A DNA stretch of 32,000 nt from Candidatus Thorarchaeota archaeon (lineage in GTDB: Archaea; Asgardarchaeota; Thorarchaeia; Thorarchaeales; Thorarchaeaceae): positions 60,001-92,000 of the forward strand of contig SHMX01000004.1 of the NCBI GenBank assembly GCA_008080745.1. Reading direction: 5' to 3'. Below the pieces are notes generated by a model that was given only the letters and a program-made list of their open reading frames with translations, did no database searches and had not been told where the DNA came from. The stretch's first letter is position 1, and each line of letters starts with the position of its first letter. Shown one piece after another: positions 18,486 to 28,255 of the stretch. Both the position numbers and the translations under genes were made by a program.

Positions 18486-19307
18486 TTGACGGAGTTTGAA
18501 AAAGTGCCAAAACTGAAGCAATCATCTACTCATTTGGTAAAGCATGTCATTGCACGAGGGTTAGTGCTTGTCTACATTTTCGTGATGGGCTTTCTAAAGG
18601 ATCGAAAGAGCCAAGTTCTTATTCTCCTGGGCATTCTACCATCAATTGTCCTAGTTTTTTCAGGAACCACATTTCCGGGATTTTATGTTGCTGCCCTCTT
18701 CTTTACAAATACTATACAAACACTCTATATCGCCCTTCTATTACCTTTATTCGGATTATTACTAGGCACAGCAGCTCTTACCGAAGAAATCGAGTCTCAT
18801 ACTATAATTCAATTAGTTACTCGCCCCATTCGTCGCATTGAGATTATTTTATGGCGATTCATAGCAACTGTATTTGCAAGTTTGATTGTTGCTATGGTTT
18901 CAATCAGTATATTCTTTGTAGTGGTTGGGTTGGGTGTACCAGGAGATGCTAGTCCACATGAATATTGGGGCATTCATCTAATAATAGGAGGTTGGGTATT
19001 ATCATTGATTTGCAGCTCTGTTTATTGCGCTATTTTTTCATTACTCGGTGTTGCACTAGAAAAACCACTATTCTGGGGTGTAGTTATAACCCTCTATGAG
19101 CAATTACTTGGAGTTCTATTCAGTGTCTTTGGTGGGGGTCTCTTCTCATTGAGCGGTCACATATTCTTTGTTGGTGAAAATCTTTTACCCTATACCTATA
19201 ATATCCCTGATTGGCCTGTTGAAGGGTCTATTATGTTACTTTTTACTCTCTCATTGTTGTCGATTGTAATTTCGATCATCACATTTCAAGAAAAAGACCT
19301 ATCATAG
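18486..19307 (+). CDS. ABC-2 type permease (second)
   Basis: About 6 TM segments; LTEEIESHTIIQLVTRPIRRIEIILWRF motif. Confidence 0.87.
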   Translation: MTEFEKVPKLKQSSTHLVKHVIARGLVLVYIFVMGFLKDRKSQVLILLGILPSIVLVFSGTTFPGFYVAALFFTNTIQTLYIALLLPLFGLLLGTAALTEEIESHTIIQLVTRPIRRIEIILWRFIATVFASLIVAMVSISIFFVVVGLGVPGDASPHEYWGIHLIIGGWVLSLICSSVYCAIFSLLGVALEKPLFWGVVITLYEQLLGVLFSVFGGGLFSLSGHIFFVGENLLPYTYNIPDWPVEGSIMLLFTLSLLSIVISIITFQEKDLS

Positions 19308-19370
19308 TGATTGAGATAAATCAAACTATCCTACACCAAAAGTATATCGTTGGAACACTCGGAATTTTCC

Positions 19371-19404
19371 TTAGTGTCATTTTTATATCTTCGAATGTCA
19401 CTAA
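19371..19404. promoter_or_regulatory. Imperfect inverted repeat flanking a TATA-like box upstream of radA
   Basis: TTAGTGTCAT-ttttatatcttcga-ATGTCACTAA (9/10 arm match). Confidence 0.35.
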
Positions 19405-19459
19405 AACTTGCCTTAGGCATGGTAATAAGTGAGCGATACTCCATGCAAAGAGGGAGGTC

Positions 19460-20494
<1,035 letters not shown>

Positions 20495-20502
20495 AATCAA
20501 AA

Positions 20503-20523
20503 TAGCCGGGAATTTCCCGGCTA
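20503..20523. terminator. GC-rich inverted repeat between convergent radA and GGR
   Basis: TAGCCGGGAA-t-TTCCCGGCTA, flanked by A-rich (left) and T-rich (right) sequence, consistent with bidirectional use. Confidence 0.6.
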
Positions 20524-20533
20524 AGTCTTTTGT

Positions 20534-21886
20534 TCATCTGAATACAGCTTGATTTACTATTTCTAGAATTTGATTATTCCACTCATCAAGTCCGGATAGA
20601 TGCGATGGATAGTTTTTGTATGCAGCACTCATCTTTTTCATTAGCGTGGCAGCACTTTGCAGCTTCCGCAACAGGCCGATTTTTCCAATCCCTCTCTTTA
20701 CACGCTTTAATTTATCAAGAGGGCTTAGTGATAATCCATCTCCTCTGTTTGCGGCCATAAGGTCATCTGCTTCCAGCAGTCGTTTTTCGAATCCGAAATC
20801 CATCTCCTCATCGGTTACGTCTTGTAATAACCTCTTGAAAATCTCTAGAGATGCTAATCGTTGACCAAAGCCTGATTGAAATCTCATATTATAGTGCCAT
20901 AGCCCTTTTGCTGTTAATTCACGTCGTGCTATAGCGCGTTTCGCAACTTCACCAAGTATAATCCCAGCTCTCATTCCCGCTCCAATACCTCCTCCATGGA
21001 TCGGATTTACTTGTAGAGCTGCATCCCCTACAAATGCGATACCATCAGCTACTAAACTTTTGATAGGTCTACGTACTGGGACTGCTCCTCCGCCAGAGTC
21101 AAGTACTTCGGAATCAAATAAGAGAGGATATTCATCTCTGAATTTGAAGTAGTATGATTTGGGAGAACCTTTTCCTTGCCCTCCAGTGATTCCAACTCCC
21201 ACATTTACTTCCTGTTCTCCTTTTGGAAAAACCCAGGCATATCCAGAGGGAGCATATTTACCCCCTAGTAAAACTCGGGCAACCTCAGGCTCTGCAAGCG
21301 GCGACTTTAGTCGAATAATTTCTCGATAGCAGAGAGCTACATCTTCTTTCTCAATTGAAGCTTCAATCAAGTCGTTGTCTATTTTACTTCTAAATACTCC
21401 AGCAAACCCACTTGCGTCAACGACCAATTTACTCGATATACTCAATTCTTCTTTATTGCTTAGATCTTTGTATTCTACACCAACTACTTGTTCTCCACGC
21501 ATTATTGGTCTTGTGACATGACAGTCAGAATGAAACTCAACTCCAGATCTCATTGCATCATTCAATAGTCTTTGACCAAAGTTTAATCGATGGACTGTCC
21601 ATCCATCAAATTCTGCCCATCCTCTTACTCTTAATTCATTCTCAAGATTTGGTGGATAAACATCTGCTCCAGATATACTAGATGATATCTCATCATATTG
21701 AGGATAATCAATTCCGGTGGCATCAAAATGTGATCTACTAATTTCATCTCCACATACTTTTTGCCCTATAAGAAATCGTGGCTTTCTATCCAACAGAACA
21801 GTCTTCAGTCCCATCTCTGAACAACGTCTTGCGGTCACTGATCCTGCAGATCCTGCTCCAATTACAACTACATCGGCTCGTTTCAA
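20534..21886 (-). CDS. Geranylgeranyl reductase family (digeranylgeranylglycerophospholipid reductase-like)
   Basis: GAGSAG, KVCGD, VVDASG, GYAWVFPKG (YxWxFP) and GDAALQVNPIHGGG. TTG start. Confidence 0.92.
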   Translation of the reverse strand: MKRADVVVIGAGSAGSVTARRCSEMGLKTVLLDRKPRFLIGQKVCGDEISRSHFDATGIDYPQYDEISSSISGADVYPPNLENELRVRGWAEFDGWTVHRLNFGQRLLNDAMRSGVEFHSDCHVTRPIMRGEQVVGVEYKDLSNKEELSISSKLVVDASGFAGVFRSKIDNDLIEASIEKEDVALCYREIIRLKSPLAEPEVARVLLGGKYAPSGYAWVFPKGEQEVNVGVGITGGQGKGSPKSYYFKFRDEYPLLFDSEVLDSGGGAVPVRRPIKSLVADGIAFVGDAALQVNPIHGGGIGAGMRAGIILGEVAKRAIARRELTAKGLWHYNMRFQSGFGQRLASLEIFKRLLQDVTDEEMDFGFEKRLLEADDLMAANRGDGLSLSPLDKLKRVKRGIGKIGLLRKLQSAATLMKKMSAAYKNYPSHLSGLDEWNNQILEIVNQAVFR

Positions 21887-21995
21887 GGTGGGTCATTCTG
21901 TGAATGGGTTTCCACAATATAAACTCAAGCCTAACCCATATGGTTCACAGTCGTAATGGTTATCAATGTTCTAAGATGGCTTCACTTGTGATAGT

Positions 21996-23315
21996 ATGAG
22001 CTCATTAATCGTAACTGGTCTGCAATGGGGCGATGAAGGAAAAGGCAAAGTCGTTGATTTTTTATCAGGTAGATTCGATATAGTGACACGGTTCCAAGGT
22101 GGTAGTAATGCTGGACATACGGTTAAGGTCGGTGATCAAGTATTCAAATTCCGTCTTATCCCAACAGGAGCGGTTCGAGGAAAGAAGGCTGTCATAGGTA
22201 ATGGCGTCGTTATCGATTTAGAGATATTGGATAAGGAGATTGAGGACCTACGTAGAACAGGTATTAGTCCAGATTTCATGATAAGCAATCGAGCTCATAT
22301 CATTACTCCGTATCATATACAAATCGATGGGCTTCAAGAGGCGATGAAAGGCAAGGGAAAAGTCGGAACAACAAAACGTGGGATAGGACCAACCTATGCT
22401 GATAAAATCTCAAGATTTGGTATCCGTGTTCAAGACCTTTTAGATGCTCAAGATACGGATGCTTGGAATCGCTTGATTCAGTATACTACAGATAAGATTC
22501 AAAACCTCTATGAATCAGAACCTGGTGTACCATCTTTTGAAGCGCTTTCAACATTGAGAAAGCTGATTGAGAAGTATTCTTCCTTTATTGGTGACTCTGG
22601 AGAATATCTCTCAGAGGCTTTATCTTCTGGTAAGAACATTCTTTTCGAAGGAGCTCAAGGTACTCTATTAGATATTGACCATGGAACCTATCCATTCGTG
22701 ACTAGTTCTAATTGTATATCAAGTGCTGCTGCAATAGGTACGGGGGTTTCATTCAAATCGCTTGGTCCTGTTCTTGGCATTTGTAAGGCTTATCTAACTA
22801 GAGTGGGCGAAGGACCATTCCCCTCCGAATTGGATGATGAAATTGGTGTGCAAATGCTGGAGCGTGGAGGTGAATATGGCACCGTCACCGGACGTGCGAG
22901 AAGATGTGGCTGGTTAGACCTAGTAGCTCTACGTTATGCAGTTCGACTAAATAGTGCGAAATACCTTGCTTTGACAAAGATTGATGTTCTCTCAGGAATA
23001 GATTCACTCAAACTCTGTATTGCTTATGAGATTGATGGAAAAGAATCACTTACAATGCCTGCAAGTTCTTACCAATTTGAAAAAGTAAAACCAATCTATC
23101 GTGAATTTAATGGATGGGATGATATGGCTAACGAAGATTGGACAGTTGTGAATACTGAGGGTATTTCAGCACTTGACTCAAGAATCAGAGAATATATCCG
23201 ATTTATCGAGAACTTTACCAAAACAAAGGTAGTAATTCTATCTTATGGACCTGACCGAAAGGAAACGTCTATTCTAAACGATGAGTTTCTTCCTAAATAT
23301 GACGAAACTCGATGA
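21996..23315 (+). CDS. purA: Adenylosuccinate synthetase
   Basis: QWGDEGKGK, GGSNAGHT, GTTKRGIGP, EGAQG, GTYPFVTSS, GTVTGRARRCGWLD, TKIDVL. Confidence 0.97.
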   Translation: MSSLIVTGLQWGDEGKGKVVDFLSGRFDIVTRFQGGSNAGHTVKVGDQVFKFRLIPTGAVRGKKAVIGNGVVIDLEILDKEIEDLRRTGISPDFMISNRAHIITPYHIQIDGLQEAMKGKGKVGTTKRGIGPTYADKISRFGIRVQDLLDAQDTDAWNRLIQYTTDKIQNLYESEPGVPSFEALSTLRKLIEKYSSFIGDSGEYLSEALSSGKNILFEGAQGTLLDIDHGTYPFVTSSNCISSAAAIGTGVSFKSLGPVLGICKAYLTRVGEGPFPSELDDEIGVQMLERGGEYGTVTGRARRCGWLDLVALRYAVRLNSAKYLALTKIDVLSGIDSLKLCIAYEIDGKESLTMPASSYQFEKVKPIYREFNGWDDMANEDWTVVNTEGISALDSRIREYIRFIENFTKTKVVILSYGPDRKETSILNDEFLPKYDETR

Positions 23316-23829
23316 TGATAATCGAGATAATGATGAAAAGAATAATGATTCCGATGAATGGTGGCATCCAATTGAGAAAGATGCCAAAATACTCAGTGAT
23401 GATCTGTGGTGTGAGAACAACTGCGATTAGATGTGCATAAACGGCAAAAAAGCCATAGATGGCAAATATAGGATAGATAAGGGGACCACCACCAATTACC
23501 AGCAGGAGTGTTATTACTGCCAGTTTGCTCTTAGTAGGGTCTAACAACGGGATTGGAATTGCTTCTTCGTCATCTATTCTGAAATAATAATAGGGGAGAA
23601 CTGTTGGCAACCTAATACGAATTAATTCTAATATTTGCACACCTAACTGAACGGAAAGTAGGAGTAGTGTATGTCCTATCATATATCCCAAAATAAACAA
23701 ATTAAGGATTGGAATATTATCAAATGGCACTTGAAGGCTCTCGATGACACCAACTAATACACAGAAATTAACAAAAAATAGCACTAAGTGACCAAGAAAT
23801 CCCTTGAAAATTTGGTTTTTAGTGACCAT
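23293..23829 (-). CDS. Hypothetical membrane protein (about 4 TM)
   Basis: Hydrophobic segments around a polar loop (RIRLPTVLPYYYFRIDDEEAIPIPLLDPTKSK). It follows the Rab-like gene after a 27-bp gap, and its 3' end overlaps the purA 3' end by 23 bp. Confidence 0.65.
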   Translation of the reverse strand: MVTKNQIFKGFLGHLVLFFVNFCVLVGVIESLQVPFDNIPILNLFILGYMIGHTLLLLSVQLGVQILELIRIRLPTVLPYYYFRIDDEEAIPIPLLDPTKSKLAVITLLLVIGGGPLIYPIFAIYGFFAVYAHLIAVVLTPQIITEYFGIFLNWMPPFIGIIILFIIISIIIIEFRHI

Positions 23830-23856
23830 ATGATTCCATCCCAGCTAAGGAGAAAC

Positions 23857-24501
23857 CTATGTCATCTTAAAGGGTTTGGATGATGTACGAGTTGTACCAG
23901 TATCAAGACCTAGTTGTTTCTGTTTCTCAATTGTCCGGCTTACGAGGTCTGTGAATAGTTCAGTTATATTTTCACCTGTTTTTGCTGAAGTTTCATAATG
24001 CTTGACGCCTAACCAGTTACTAATCATCTCTCCAGCTTCAGGCGGGACCAATCGATCTGGGCGGTCAATCTTATTGGCAACAACTGATACCGCCGCATTC
24101 GGACAGACCGTGATAAATTTTGTATACCATTCTCCAAGGTCAAGAAAAGTCTGGGGTCTTGTCACATCATAGACTATTATTGCCATCGTAGCTCCTGCCA
24201 TGTATCTGCGACGTAATTCATTATAGGTTGGCTGTCCTGCAAGGTCCCATAAGACGATTCTAGCAGCGACTCTACTGCCATCCGCCATTTCTACATCGAC
24301 ATTCTTCACTGCAAAAGTAGTTCCAATAGTCATTATATATCGTTCACTAAAACTGTCTTCAGTATAGCGTTTTATACAGGAAGTTTTACCTACAGCGCCA
24401 TCTCCTAGAGCTACTAATTTGAACATGTGGGAGATTTGTTCTGTTGACACGGCAATATCAATCCTGTATTCAGTCAATGCTAATAGAGCAGTAAAGACCA
24501 T
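23857..24501 (-). CDS. Rab-like small GTPase (paralogue 1)
   Basis: G1 GDGAVGKT, G2 TIG, G3 WDLAGQ, G4 NKID, G5 ETSAK. The real start may be GTG 24450 or ATG 24426. Confidence 0.93.
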   Translation of the reverse strand: MVFTALLALTEYRIDIAVSTEQISHMFKLVALGDGAVGKTSCIKRYTEDSFSERYIMTIGTTFAVKNVDVEMADGSRVAARIVLWDLAGQPTYNELRRRYMAGATMAIIVYDVTRPQTFLDLGEWYTKFITVCPNAAVSVVANKIDRPDRLVPPEAGEMISNWLGVKHYETSAKTGENITELFTDLVSRTIEKQKQLGLDTGTTRTSSKPFKMT

Positions 24502-24671
24502 TTAATCATTCTGGATATTGTATCATAACTATATGAATATTCATTGGCTAAGTCTTATCAGTAGCTTTCGATTATTCAAGACCAATATTTAATTGACATC
24601 GTGAGTTAAAGCACCAAAGCCTTTTCTTTACGATAGTCTAAAATAACTTGAATAGATTATTGGTGATAACT

Positions 24672-25337
24672 ATGGCCGAAGAATTTCTAGGGCGACTAAC
24701 AGAAATCGAAAAGAGCATTCAGGGACTTGGAGAAACTCTGAAGCGAATGGTGACTATTCTTACCACGGTCACTGAAGTGAAGACAGAACTACGGGTTGCA
24801 AAGAGTGAAATCATTGATGCAATTAGCTCTATTACCAGTATAGAATCCACACCAGCACCCCCCATTGAGTCGATAAGTCCAGAGGATATCAAACTAATAG
24901 TAAAGGGTGAGTTGGATGAACTTCATTCATTTATCGAAACGTCTATGGAGAGTCTAAAAGAAGAGATATTTGAAGAGATTCAAAATATGCCGGCTCCGGT
25001 CGTTGCAGCACCAGCAGCAGCTACTAGTACAGGTGCTCCTGCTCCCACCCCTGCAGGTGTGAGTACACCTCCCGATAAGGCTATGAAAATCGCAGATTTA
25101 CTGGATAATATTATCGATTCTTTGAAAATGGGATGTGTTGCAGGTGAAGTCCTTGATATTATGAATGAAACAAAAGCTGAGATTCAAAAGCTGGTTGAGA
25201 GTGATCCCATTACGGTTAAGATTGACAAATGGGCAGGCATCATAAGTGGATATAGTAAACGTCATGAAGTCAAAGCGCGTGATGTATTAGCAGTCAAAAA
25301 GGAACTTCGTGAAGAAATAAAGAAGTATCGTCCATAG
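24672..25337 (+). CDS. Hypothetical protein: coiled coil, Pro/Ala linker, C-terminal helical bundle
   Basis: The start is moved to ATG 24672, preceded by SD-like GGTGAT (24662-24667). Amphipathic helices flank APVVAAPAAATSTGAPAPTPAG. Confidence 0.7.
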   Translation: MAEEFLGRLTEIEKSIQGLGETLKRMVTILTTVTEVKTELRVAKSEIIDAISSITSIESTPAPPIESISPEDIKLIVKGELDELHSFIETSMESLKEEIFEEIQNMPAPVVAAPAAATSTGAPAPTPAGVSTPPDKAMKIADLLDNIIDSLKMGCVAGEVLDIMNETKAEIQKLVESDPITVKIDKWAGIISGYSKRHEVKARDVLAVKKELREEIKKYRP

Positions 25338-25361
25338 ACAGTACCTATCTACAACTTCTAT

Positions 25362-25808
25362 CTATTCCTCAATATCTTCGGGGGAGTCAAACTCCTCCGA
25401 AACTCCATCTACTATCATTTTCATAGTAGCTAAAACACGAATTAAATCTCCAGCTGTTATGATTCCCACCATTACTTCTCCGTCAATCACCGGGATATGT
25501 TTCTTACCTGTATTATCCATAAGTACTATAATCTGACCAAGATCTGCATTGGGTCCAACAGAAACTACTGGGGAGCTCATTATATCTTCTAAACAAAGTG
25601 AGTTGTAGACATCGTCCGACAAAAGTTGAGCAGCTATAATATCTCGTTGTGTGACAATTCCTGTCATAGTTTCATTCTTTGTAACGATAAGACTTCCAAT
25701 ATCCTCTGCAGCCATTAATTTTGCTGCTTTGATTACTGGAGTGTTCAGTTCTGCCGTAATGATTACTGATGTCATGAAATCTTGAGCTCTCATTCGGGAT
25801 ATCTCCAT
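25362..25808 (-). CDS. CBS-pair domain protein
   Basis: Two CBS repeats (AQDFMT...IGSLIV...GIVTQRDI; LEDIMSSPVVSV...HIPVI...GIITAGDL). Confidence 0.92.
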   Translation of the reverse strand: MEISRMRAQDFMTSVIITAELNTPVIKAAKLMAAEDIGSLIVTKNETMTGIVTQRDIIAAQLLSDDVYNSLCLEDIMSSPVVSVGPNADLGQIIVLMDNTGKKHIPVIDGEVMVGIITAGDLIRVLATMKMIVDGVSEEFDSPEDIEE

Positions 25809-25822
25809 GGAAACTGACTAGA

Positions 25823-26425
25823 TTACATCTGTAAGCTTGCTTTATCTTCTAAGGTTCTTGTTAAAATCATTTCAGCAAGGTTTCTAAAGACTGTATCTAC
25901 AGACTTACCAGATTTCGCAGAGGTTTCGTAATATTTTGCTTGGAACCAATCGCGAAGCATAACTCCTGGTTCAACTGGTACCATCCTCTTTTCTTCAAGG
26001 TCTATTTTATTGGCACAAATTGCAACATCTGCATCGGGGCATGCTTCTCTAAACGATTCGAACCAATTGTTCATGGCCATAAATGTTTCCGGCCTTGTGA
26101 CATCATAGACAATAACAGCTCCTGCTGCCCCATTCATAAATTGTCTTCTTAACTCTCTATATGTTGCTTGGCCCCCCATATCCCATAGAACTAACCTTAC
26201 ATTTCTAGTTTCACCAGATTCATCCTCGACTTTTTCATCATTAGTGGCAAAGGTCGTTCCAATGGTCTGTTTATATTCCTCATCGAATACATTTTCAGTG
26301 TATCTTCGGATTAGGGCGGTCTTCCCTACAGCGGCTTCTCCTAATAGGACTATTCGAAACTTGTATCCTTCAAAACCCTCTCCAAACGTAACACCTCTTC
26401 CTGATTCTCCTTCTTTCTCCGACAA
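25823..26425 (-). CDS. Rab-like small GTPase (paralogue 2)
   Basis: G1 GEAAVGKT, G2 TIG, G3 WDMGGQ, G4 NKID, G5 ETSAK. Confidence 0.93.
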   Translation of the reverse strand: MSEKEGESGRGVTFGEGFEGYKFRIVLLGEAAVGKTALIRRYTENVFDEEYKQTIGTTFATNDEKVEDESGETRNVRLVLWDMGGQATYRELRRQFMNGAAGAVIVYDVTRPETFMAMNNWFESFREACPDADVAICANKIDLEEKRMVPVEPGVMLRDWFQAKYYETSAKSGKSVDTVFRNLAEMILTRTLEDKASLQM

Positions 26426-26532
26426 GATACCTTCTTCCTATTCTTTCGTTAGATTTCTGTTTTGGATAGCGCTTAATATTTCTATTTAATAGTAAACTCG
26501 TTATTAGGTAAATCAATTGAAATATCATGTAT

Positions 26533-26571
26533 CTATCCTAAAAAGGATAGTTGGGAGAGATGTACTCTCCC
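26533..26571. terminator. Two adjacent 7-bp hairpins just downstream of pheT
   Basis: CTATCCT-aaaa-AGGATAG (26533-26550) and GGGAGAG-atgta-CTCTCCC (26553-26571). Confidence 0.35.
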
Positions 26572-26581
26572 TTCTGGAATA

Positions 26582-28246
26582 CTACCATTGACAATCTCTG
26601 GGTAAATCCAATTCGAAAGATACTACTGGCATACCTATCTTGAATGCTTTGAGCACTTCTGGTGAAATTTCACCTAGGATTCCTCTAGTCTTATTCTTGA
26701 CTATAATCTCAGCACAACGTCCAGTAATAAATGAGGAATCCTCTTTTCTTCTAAATTCGAATTCCTCTTCAAGACCGAGATTTCTTAGGATAAATCCCAC
26801 CTCATTAATCATGTCAGTCACATTCACAGTAGTATCGCTAGTGAGTCCACATAAGGCTGGTATCTGACGGCAACGAGTTTCTGCCTTTTGGTCGGGAACT
26901 ACAATGTCACCAACCTCGAAGATTTGTTGAGGATAATCAGCATGCTGATTTTGTGATGTAAAATCTAGTAGAACAGGAAGCAAAGAATTTCGTAGAATTG
27001 AGTATTCTCTACTTTTAGGATTAGCAGTTTCAACCAACTCTCTATCACGATTCATCCGATTATTCATGATCTCTGGTGAGCTCATGATGAAACTGATAAT
27101 CTCTTGATAACCAACTCCTATCATAAGATCTCGTATTTTATCCTTAAGACGTGTTATCGGAAGCAATTTTCCAGTTGTCATAGTTTCCGGCATTGTGGGT
27201 TCTATATTATCAAATCCATAGCCTATAGCAATGTCCTCGATGATGTCCACGTTATGCAGAATATCCGTTCTAAAGGCTGGAACGGAAACCTCAATCTTTC
27301 CCTTTCCTTCGGATTTAGCACCATAACACATACGCTTTAGCGCTTTTATTATATGGGTGGGTTTAAGGTCCAAGCCTAGTAAATCCTTTACCTGGGTACA
27401 GTTCACAGCTCGGATAGATGGGGTTAAGTCTGGAGTTTCCCATATTCCTCCATCTGGATATTTGATGGTTACAGATTGTATTTTTCCTCCCCTCTCTGCA
27501 ATTGACGCTGTCATAATGTTTAATGCTTGTAGGACGGTGGGAACATGAGTTCCTGTAACTTCAACAAAGATATCGCTTGTATCTCCAGTAATTCTTCCTA
27601 AGTTATTACTGTTAATTATCGGAGGGAGACTCAAAATCGCGTCAGCAGAGTCTATCAATAAAGGCCATTTCCTAAATTTGGAAATAATCGGTCCAAATAT
27701 CTGACCTTTTTCGTGTTCCTTTATGATCGTTGGTCCATCCATAATTTCTTCATAACCCAGGGGAATGAATTCGATATCGTCTGGATTTTCTAATCTATAA
27801 TGAATAGGGAATTTGATATCTTTGTATACATAGAGCCCAATGCTTGCTTTCTTTCGATTTCTCCCATGGGTTGCTGTCAGGCTCTCTTGCAGATGCATGT
27901 ATTCTTTAACAAGTTCTTCGTTTATTTTTGCACCTCTAATTATACTACATGCAATATAGGGACGAATTTTTTCAAGTCCCTTTCCCACAATAATCTCTTT
28001 TCCTGACTTTCTAACGGGCATCTTTGGTAGACCTGATGATAGTCCAAGAAACGCCCTAACAGCACGAGCAATGCCTTCTGCAGATAGCATATCTTGTCGG
28101 TCCGGGTTGACCTCAATCTCAATATCATTGCCATCTACCTTCTCAATCTCAGCCTTTAGAAGGAATAGAGTTTCCTCTAATTTTTCTAATGTGATATCTT
28201 TTCCAATGAGTTCGAGGAGGCTATCTAATCTACATTCTACAATCAT
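26582..28246 (-). CDS. pheT: Phenylalanine--tRNA ligase beta subunit (archaeal type)
   Basis: NPDRQDMLSAEGIARA, RPYIAC, GRNRKKASIG, PPIINS, DIIEDIAIGYG, LRNSLLP, FEVGDIV. The start is set to ATG 28246 because AGGTGA overlapping the pheS stop lies 5 nt upstream; the ORF track gives GTG 28255. Confidence 0.96.
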   Translation of the reverse strand: MIVECRLDSLLELIGKDITLEKLEETLFLLKAEIEKVDGNDIEIEVNPDRQDMLSAEGIARAVRAFLGLSSGLPKMPVRKSGKEIIVGKGLEKIRPYIACSIIRGAKINEELVKEYMHLQESLTATHGRNRKKASIGLYVYKDIKFPIHYRLENPDDIEFIPLGYEEIMDGPTIIKEHEKGQIFGPIISKFRKWPLLIDSADAILSLPPIINSNNLGRITGDTSDIFVEVTGTHVPTVLQALNIMTASIAERGGKIQSVTIKYPDGGIWETPDLTPSIRAVNCTQVKDLLGLDLKPTHIIKALKRMCYGAKSEGKGKIEVSVPAFRTDILHNVDIIEDIAIGYGFDNIEPTMPETMTTGKLLPITRLKDKIRDLMIGVGYQEIISFIMSSPEIMNNRMNRDRELVETANPKSREYSILRNSLLPVLLDFTSQNQHADYPQQIFEVGDIVVPDQKAETRCRQIPALCGLTSDTTVNVTDMINEVGFILRNLGLEEEFEFRRKEDSSFITGRCAEIIVKNKTRGILGEISPEVLKAFKIGMPVVSFELDLPRDCQW

Positions 28247-28255
28247 TGTAATCAC

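Noticed and set aside
23293-23315. 23-bp convergent overlap of purA and the membrane-protein gene
   Set aside because: Short tail-to-tail overlaps are ordinary in compact archaeal genomes.
24533-24544. 12-bp palindrome ATGAATATTCAT in the divergent GTPase/coiled-coil promoter region
   Set aside because: It is very AT-rich and short enough to arise by chance in 32 kb of AT-rich DNA.
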